A stretch of DNA of 64,000 nt from assembly GCF_009914755.1 (NCBI RefSeq), contig NC_060931.1. The stretch is one strand, 5' to 3'. This document shows positions 52,547 through 64,000 of the stretch, in pieces. The notes below the pieces were generated by a model. The model saw only the letters and a program-made list of their open reading frames with translations, was not told the DNA's origin and searched no databases. The first letter of the stretch is position 1. Each line of letters begins with the position of its first letter. A program made the position numbers and the translations under genes. This DNA is from the human T2T-CHM13v2.0 reference genome, Homo sapiens.

Positions 52547-55500
52547 TTTTTATTTATTCTTTTAACTTTTATTTTAGGTTCAGGGTACATATTCACATTT
52601 GCTACATAGGTAAACTGTGTCATGGGGGTTCGGTGTACAGATAATTTCATCACCCAGGTAATAAGCATAGTACCAAATAGGTATTTTTTCTGATCCTCTT
52701 CCTCCTCCATTCTCAACCCCCAACTAGGCCCAGTGTCTGTTGTTTCCCTCCTAGTATCCATATGTTTTCGCTATTTACTTCCCACATATCAGAGAGAACA
52801 TGTGGTATTTGGTTTTCTCTTCCTGTGTTAGTTTGCTTAGGATAATGGCCTCTAATTCTATCCATTTTGCTGCAAAGAATTTGATTTGTTCTTTTTATGG
52901 CTACAAAGTATTCCATGACATATATATATACACACACGCCATGACATATTCATATATATATATACATTTTCTTTGTTCAGTCTACTGTTGATGGGCATTT
53001 AGGTAGATTTCATGTCTTGCTATTGTGAATAGTGCTGCAATGAACATACACATGCATGTGTCTTTATGGTAGAATGATTTAGATTCCTTTGGGTATATAC
53101 CTAGTAATGGGATTGCTGGGTCAAATGGTGATTCTACTTTAAGTTCTTTGAGGAATAGCCACACTGCTTTTCGCAATGGTTGAACTAATTTACGCTCCCA
53201 CCAGCAATGTATAAGTATTCTCTTTTCTCTGCAACCTCGCCAGCATGTGTTATTTTTTTACTTTTAATAATAGTCATTCTGACTGGTATGAGATGGTATT
53301 TCATTGTGGTTTTGATTTGCATTTCTGTAGTGATTAGTGGTGTTGAGCATTTTTTTCACAGATTTGTTGGATGCATGTATGTCTTCTTTTGAGAAGTGTC
53401 TGTTCATGTCCTTTGCCCATTTTTTAAAGGGGTTGTTTGTTTGCATGTAAACTTGCTTAAGTTCCTTAAAGATTTTAGATACTAGACCTTTGTCAGATGC
53501 ATAGTTTGTAAATATCTTCTCCCATTCTGTAGGTTGTCTATCTGTTGATAGTTTCTTTTGCTGGGCAGAAATTCTTTAGTTGAATTAGATCCCATATGTC
53601 AATTTTTATTTTTGTTGCAGTTGCTTTTGGCATCTTCATCCTGAAATCTTGGCCAAGTCCTATATCCAGAATGATATTTCTCAGGTTTTTTTCCAGAGTT
53701 TGTATAGATTTTGGTTGTACATTTAAAAGTCTTTAATCCATCTTGAGTAGATTTTTATATGTGGTATGAGGTAGCAGTCCAGTTTCAGTCTTCTGCAGAT
53801 GGCTATCCAGTTACCTTGGAACTAGGGAGTCCTTTCTCTATTGCTTGTTTTTGTCAGCTTTGTTGAAGGTCAAATCATTGTAGGTGTGTGGCCTTACTTC
53901 TGGACTCTCTATTCTGTTCCATTGGTCTATGTGTCTGTTTTTGTGGCAGTATCATACTTTTTTGGCTATGGTAACCCCGTAGTATAGTTTAAAGTTGGCT
54001 AATATGATGCCTCCAGCTTTGTTCTTTTTGCTTAGGATTGCCTTGGCTTTCCAAACGCTTTTTTCAGTTCCACAGGAATTTTAAAATAGTTTTTTTCTAC
54101 TTCTATGAAGAATGTCATTGGTAGTTTGATAGAAATAGCATTGAACCTGTAAATTGCTTAGGACACTATGGCCATTTTAATATTGATTATTTCTATCCAT
54201 GAGTTGGAATGATTTTCTGTTTGTGTCATCTCTGATTTCTTTGAGGAGTGTTTTGTAATTCCTGTTGTAGAGATCTTTTACTCCCTAGTTAGCTGTATTC
54301 CTAGGTATTTTACTCTTTTTGTTGTCATTGTGAATGGGATTGCATTCCTTATTTAACTCTTAGCCTGTTTGTTGTTGCCGTATAGGAATCCTCGTGATTT
54401 TTGATTGTTTATTTTACATCCTAAAAGTTTGCTGAAGTTGTTTATCAGCTGAAGAAACTTTTGGGCCAAGTCTATAGGGTTTTCTAGTTATAGAATCATG
54501 TCAACTGCAAACAGTGATAGCTTGACTTCCTCTCTTCATATTTGGATGCCTTTTATTTATTTCTGTTGCCCGATTGCTCTGGCCAGAACTTCCAATGCTA
54601 TGTTGAATCGGAGATGAGAGACAGCAACCTTGTCTTGTGCTGGTTTTCAAAGAGAAAGCTTCCAGCTTTTACCTATTGATTCTGATGTTGGCTGTGGGTT
54701 TGTCATAGATGGCTCTTATCATTTTGAGGTATGTTCCTTCAATATCTAGTTTATTGAGGGTTTCTTAACATGAAGTGATGCTGAACTACATTGAAAGCCT
54801 TTTCTGCATCTATTGAAATAATCATGTGGTTTTTGTTTTTAGTTCTGTTTCTGTGATGAATCGCATTTATCGATTTGCTTATGTTGAACCAACCTTGCAT
54901 CCCAGCAATAAAGTCTACTTGATTATGGTGAATTAGCTTTTTTCCGTGCTGCTGGACTCAATTTGCTAGTATTTTATTGAGGATTCTTCCATCTATGTTC
55001 ATCAAGGATATTGGCCTGAAGTTTTATTTTTCAGTTGTGTCTCTGCCAGGTTTTGGTATTAGGATGATGCAGCCTCATAGAATTAGGAAGGAGTCCCTCC
55101 TCCTCAAATTTTTGGAATAGTTTCAATAGGAATGGTACCAATTCTTCTTTATATATCCTGGTAGAATTTGGCTGTGAATCCATCTGGTCCTAGGCTTTTT
55201 TTTCTTTTTGTGGTTTGTATGCTTTTGATTACTAATTCAATTTTGAAACTCATTATTGCTCTATTCAAGGATTCAGTTTCTTTCTGGTTCAATTTTGGGA
55301 GGTTATATGTGTCCAGGAATTCACTCATTTCTTCTAGAGTTTCTAATTTGTGTGCATAGAGGTGTTTATAGTAGTCTCCGATTTGTTTTTTAAAAAAATC
55401 TCTGTGTTATCAGTGGTAACATCCCCTTTGTCATTTCTAACTGTGTGTATTTGGTTCTCTCTCTTTTTTCTTTATTAATCTAGCTAGGGGGGTATCTTAT

Positions 55501-56040
55501 TAATTTTTTCAAAGAACCAAATTCCGGACTCATGTTCTTTTGTATGGATTTTCATGTCTCAATTTTCTTCAGTTCAGCTCTGATTTTATTTCTTGTCTTC
55601 TGCTAGCTTTGGAGTTGGTTTGCTCTTGCTTCTCTAGTTCTTTTAGTTGTGGTGTTAGGTTGTTAATTTGTGATATTTCTCACTTTTCAATGTGGGCGTT
55701 TAGTGCTATAAACTTCCTTCCTAACACTGTCTTAGCCGTATCCCAGAGATTCTGGTGTGTTGTATCTTTGTTCTCATTAGCTTCAAATAATTTCCTGATT
55801 TCTGCCTTAATATCATTGTTTACCCAAAAGTCATTCAGGTGCAGGTTGTTTAATTTCAATGTAATTATACAGTTTTGAGTGATTTTCTTAGTATTGATTT
55901 CTATTTGTATTGTGCTGTGGTCCAAGAGTGTGGTTGATATGATTTCAGTTCTTTGAATTTGCTGAGTATTGTTTTATCCGATTATGTAGTCAGTTTTGGA
56001 GTATGTGCCATGTAACAATGAGAAGGATGTATATTCTGTT
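52547..56040 (-). mobile_element. ~3.5-kb 5'-truncated primate L1 (older L1PA/L1PB), decayed ORF2 + 3'UTR
   Basis: Minus-strand ORF pieces match L1 ORF2 ([41 protein letters not shown]; [16 protein letters not shown]; PFDPAIPLLGIYPKE) with many stops and frameshifts; T-rich tail at ~52547. Confidence 0.95.
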
Positions 56041-56739
56041 TAAACTGTGAAATTTCATACCTACAGTAAAAGTATGGCTTCAGAGGGGCTAATGCTTTTC
56101 TAAAAGAGGAAATAATTTCAAAACCCTGTCACCAATATTTGAACATTTCAATAAAATAGAGGTAATGAAAACTTTTGGTAATTCTTAGACAAATTTCACT
56201 AGCTGGAGTAATTAGATTGAGATCTACACAAAGCAAGCATTGCTTCATTATCCCTCTAGTAATGATGATGAATGGGACCGATCATCTGGGATAACCCCCA
56301 CAGACTGGTTCTCTTGGTTAGAATGCTGTGTTAAAGAGACCAGGATAATAGATTGTCCTCCCGGGTAAGCTAGTTAGTTGTCAATTCTACAGTTCCCATA
56401 TCTCCTGTTAGCCATAGGAATGTGAGGCCGTGTCCATAGCTAGAAGGCCAAAGAACTGGGATTTTTAGTCAAGATTTTACCACTCGTGGGCTAGATGACC
56501 TTAGGTAAGTCACTCTGATCCTCAGGATCATCCTCAAGATGAAGTCCCTAATGGAGCACATGTTGTCATTATTACTATATTTAATTTAGGCAGTTTGAAG
56601 ATAAAATTAGGAATCGGAAAGTAACTTGATAAAATGTAGCAATAAGATGAATTATTAAATGTTGTTTAAGTAATGTTATAATAAAACTTTGAGGTAATTG
56701 ATAAAGGGGTCAAAAGTAACAGGATTACCAAAATAAATA

Positions 56740-57927
56740 CAGTCACACGCCACCTAATGATAGGGATACATTCTGAGAAATGTGTCATTAGGTGATTTCA
56801 TTGTTGTGTTAACATCAAAGTGTGTACTTACACAAACCTAGAGGGTATAGTCCACTGCACACCTAGACTATATGGTATAGCCTATTGCTTCTAAGCTACA
56901 AACCTGTACCGAATGTTACTGTACTGAATATTGTAGTCAATTGTACCACAATGTTAAGTATTTATTTATCTAAACATAGAAAAGGTACAGTAAAAACAGT
57001 ATAAAAAATTTAAAACTGCTACACCTGTCTAGGTCACTTACCATGAATAGAGCTGGTTACATGAATGGAGCAACAAGAAAAGTTACTTTGGGTGAATCAC
57101 TGAGTAAGTGGTGCGTAAATGTGAAGGCCTAGGACATTATGCAGCTGTAGACTTTATAAACACTCTACACTCAGGCTACGCTAAATTTATTTTAAATTTT
57201 TTCTTTCTCCAACCATAACATTTTTATTTTATAAACTTTTTAATTTAAAAAAAAACTTTTTTACTCCTTTGTAATAATACATTTCTTGAAACACATTATA
57301 TAGCTATACAAAAATTTTCTTTCTTTAATCTTTATTGTATTTTTTCTGTTTTTAATTGTTTTCTATTTTTTAAACTTTTCATTTTAAACTAACACAAAAA
57401 CACAGACAGTAGCCTAAGCCTACACAGGGTCAGCATCATCAACATCACCGGAAGGTATTCAGGGGCCATAACACCCATGGAGCTGCTGCCATCTCCTAGG
57501 ATAACAATGCCTTCTCGAATCCCTCCTGAAGACCTGCCTGAGGCTGCTTTACAGTTCACTTTTTTTAAAAGGGCAAAAGGAGTACCCTGTAAGATAACAC
57601 TTAAAAATATAGTAAATACATAAACCAGTAACACAGTCATTTACTATAATAATAATAAATGTATTAATATTATATACTATACATAATTGTATGTGCCATA
57701 CTTTTATATAACTGTCAACACAGTAGGCTTGTTTACACCAGCATCACCACAAACAGGTGAGTAATACATTGCACTATGAAATTAAGATGTTACTGAGCCA
57801 TAGTGTCACTAAGCCTTTCACTGTATAGAACATTCCTAAGCAATAGGAAATTTGCAGCTCCATTACAATCTTACGGGACCACTTATGTCGTCTGTTGTTG
57901 ACCAAAATGTTGGGCAGCTCCTGACTA
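56740..57927. mobile_element. Tigger3/Golem-family (Tigger3b-like) DNA transposon
   Basis: TA|CAGTCA...TTCTGAGAAATGTGTCATTAGGTGATTTC start and ...GTTGACCAAAATGT...TGACTA|TA end; TA target duplication. Confidence 0.85.
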
Positions 57928-59070
57928 TACATGTAACTTCAGTTCAGAAGAAAGAAAAGAGGGCCCTAAATATAGTTAACCAGAACTTATTTAGACAAAA
58001 ATAGTCCTAAGCTGTAGAAAGCTAACATGGCAATATATAAGGCTAAACCAAATATTATTTTAGCAACACTGTATTTCCTCACTCTTACTCGGTGGTCCCC
58101 AGGCAGCATTCTCAGCAACAGCTGCCAAACCATCCAAGAATGGACTGCTTATTCAACCAGCTGGGGGAGGTGGTCTTTCCATTGCAATTGGGTACACTGG
58201 GATTCCTGTTTAAGAAAGCATTCTATGAATGAGTGTTGATTTAATTAACCCTAAGAAAAGTTAAGCTTCACGAAGTGACAAATTTAATTTCATGACTTTA
58301 AAAAATGAAGCTCTAACCTTGAGATAGATATCTTTCCAAAACTGTAACCACTAAGGTTCTACTTGAAACAAGCAGCCAGCTATACCCTTACCTCCAATGA
58401 GAGTACATGTGTAGGGCTTTAATCAGAAGTTAGTTGTAAACAGGGAAAATGCTATTAGCAAACTCATTGTGTAGGCTTCCCTTTAAACATGTCTTTGTGG
58501 AGGCACTTCTCCCAACTACATGGTGACAACAAAGAGATGTCAAGAAAAAGGAAGAATTTTCTATACCACGAAAGGCATTGATTCAATACTTCCACTTCTC
58601 CAGCTACCTCATAAATTGTGGAACTTGGGAGAGCAGCTTAGGGACATAAGTACTTAGGATGTTAACAACTAAACTTAACTATAGTCATGAGAATAATTGC
58701 TGTATTCCATTTATTGAGCTCTTCAGGAGAAGTTGCAAACCACTTGGATTTTAAGTCAACAAATATTTCCAGAAAACATGTTGCACACAGGGACTGTGCA
58801 TTCCAATGGCCACCCCTTCAGTAGGTTCCAATCACTAACCAGCCAAATGGCAAAGGTTCCTTAGAGGGAGCAGTTAAGCCAATTTCAATGTCTTAATATG
58901 ACACAATCCTCCATTATTAAGGAAAAAGATAAAAACTGAAATATTGAACATCTTAAGGACTTGACAAGTCCCTCAAGTCACTTACTTTGTTTTCACTTAT
59001 GAATCTTAGGGCCAGATTTCTGGTGTGATCTCTGGGCCACCTGCTTTGAAACTGCTGAAGATCTTCTTGA

Positions 59071-59484
<414 letters not shown>

Positions 59485-59688
59485 TAAACACAGTCCAGTT
59501 TGAGAGACACTATCTTAAGAGATGTTTACTGAATAGGGACCTAAAAATCAAAACCAAAGAGAGTGTGATATTGCTTACTGCAGATCCTTTTGGACCCAGG
59601 TCTACTCTCTCCCTTTTTCTCTAGATTAGTGTATTTTACGTGCAAATTCAAGAATGTGTAATTCAGCCTTCTGGAGTCATCTCCTTCT

Positions 59689-60351
<663 letters not shown>

Positions 60352-60539
60352 CCCTCTCTCTGCTCCTCAATCCCCTACCCTAAAACCTCAAAACTACAGG
60401 AAGGGTCATGTTCAAGCCCAGAATCACAAAAAACACAGGCTTCCCTTGGTTTGCATGGGGTCGCCTCTGTCATGTTATGACAAAACATAACTCAGTCTGT
60501 TTTTATCTATGATAATCCTACTTGAGAGGATGTGAGACC

Positions 60540-62873
<2,334 letters not shown>

Positions 62874-62874
62874 A

Positions 62875-63987
62875 CAATACCATTCAGGACATAGGCATGG
62901 GCAAGGACTTCATGTCTAAAACACCAAAAGCAATGGCAACAAAAGCCAAAATTGACAAATGGGATCTAATTAAACTAAAGAGCTTCTGCACAGCAAAAGA
63001 AACTACCATCAGAGTGAACAGGCAACCTACAAAATGGGAGAAAATTTTTGCAATCTATTCATCTGACAAAGGGCTAATATCCAGAATCTACAATGAACTC
63101 CAACAAATTTACAAGAAAAAAACAAACCACCCCATCAAAAAGTGGATGAAGGATATGAACAGACACTTCTCAAAAGAAGACATTTATGCAGCCAAAAAAC
63201 ACATGAAAAAATGCTCATCATCACTGGCCATCAGAGAAATGCAAATCAAAACCACAATGAGATACCATCTCACACCAGTTAGAATGGCGATCATTAAAAA
63301 ATCAGGAAACAACAGGTGCTGGAGAGGATGTGGAGAAATAGGAACACTTTTACACTGTTGGTGGAACTGTAAACTAGTTCAACCATTGTGGAAGTCAGTG
63401 TGGTGATTCCTCAGGGATCTAGAACTAGAAATACCATTTGACCCAGCAATCCCATTACTGGGTATATACCCAAAGGATTAGAAATCATGCTGCTATAAAG
63501 ACACATGCACACGTATGTTTACTGCAGCACTATTCACAATAGCAAAGACTTGGAACCAACCCAAATGTCCAACAATGATAGACTGGATTAAGAAAATGTG
63601 GCACATATACACCATGGAATACTATGCAGCCATAAACAAGGATGAATTCATGTCCTTTGTAGGGACATGGATGAAGCTGGAAACCATCATTCTCAGCAAA
63701 CTATCGCAAGGACAAAAAACCAAACACCGCATGTTCTCACTCATAGGTGGGAATTGAACAATGAGAACACATGGACACAGGAAGGGGAACATCACACACT
63801 GGGGCCTGTTGTGGGGTGGGGGGAGGGGAGAGGGATAGCATTATGAGATATACTTGATGTTAAATGATGAGTTAATGGGTGCAGCACACCAACATGGCAC
63901 ATGTATACATATGTAAGTAACCTGCACGTTGTGCACATGTACCCTAAAACTTAAAGTATAATAAAAATAAATAATAAATAAATAAAT
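62875..63987 (+). mobile_element. ~1.1-kb 5'-truncated young L1PA (about L1PA3-5): ORF2 C-terminus, 3'UTR, (AAAT)n tail
   Basis: Near-consensus ORF2 ([35 protein letters not shown]...HRMFSLIGGN*) with two nonsense changes; G-tract 3'UTR; TSD AAGAAATGCC(C)TTT at 62860-62873 and 63988-64000. Confidence 0.97.
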
Positions 63988-64000
63988 AAGAAATGCCTTT

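Noticed and set aside
62897-63757. L1 ORF2 ORFs as an active gene
   Set aside because: 5'-truncated copy without promoter, EN or RT regions, and with in-frame stops.

Overview
Human (primate) genomic DNA spanning the 5' end of GRM8 (metabotropic glutamate receptor 8), transcribed on the minus strand. A ~3 kb CpG island (~36.8-39.9 kb) holds the promoter and a short non-coding exon 1 with a (GGC)8 repeat (donor at 38470/38469). Intron 1 is ~9.3 kb. Exon 2 (29188-28368) carries 311 nt of 5'UTR and the first 170 codons (signal peptide plus the start of the Venus-flytrap domain). Positions 1-28367 are intron 2, and >39.9 kb is upstream flank. Both are filled with ordinary repeats (Alu, L1, L2, L3/CR1, MIR, THE1/MLT1/LTR16, MER5, Tigger2/Tigger3), many with readable target-site duplications. 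The most unusual structure is the spliced 5' leader. It holds seven upstream AUGs. The GGC repeat lies in the poly-Gly frame of a spliced uORF behind a near-cognate GUG, resembling FMR1/NOTCH2NLC. A chain of uORFs joined by overlapping stop-start pentamers (UAAUG, UGAUG) feeds a 115-aa out-of-frame ORF overlapping the GRM8 start. No other protein-coding gene is supported. Repeat subfamily names are by-eye assignments, and all functional proposals are untested inference.
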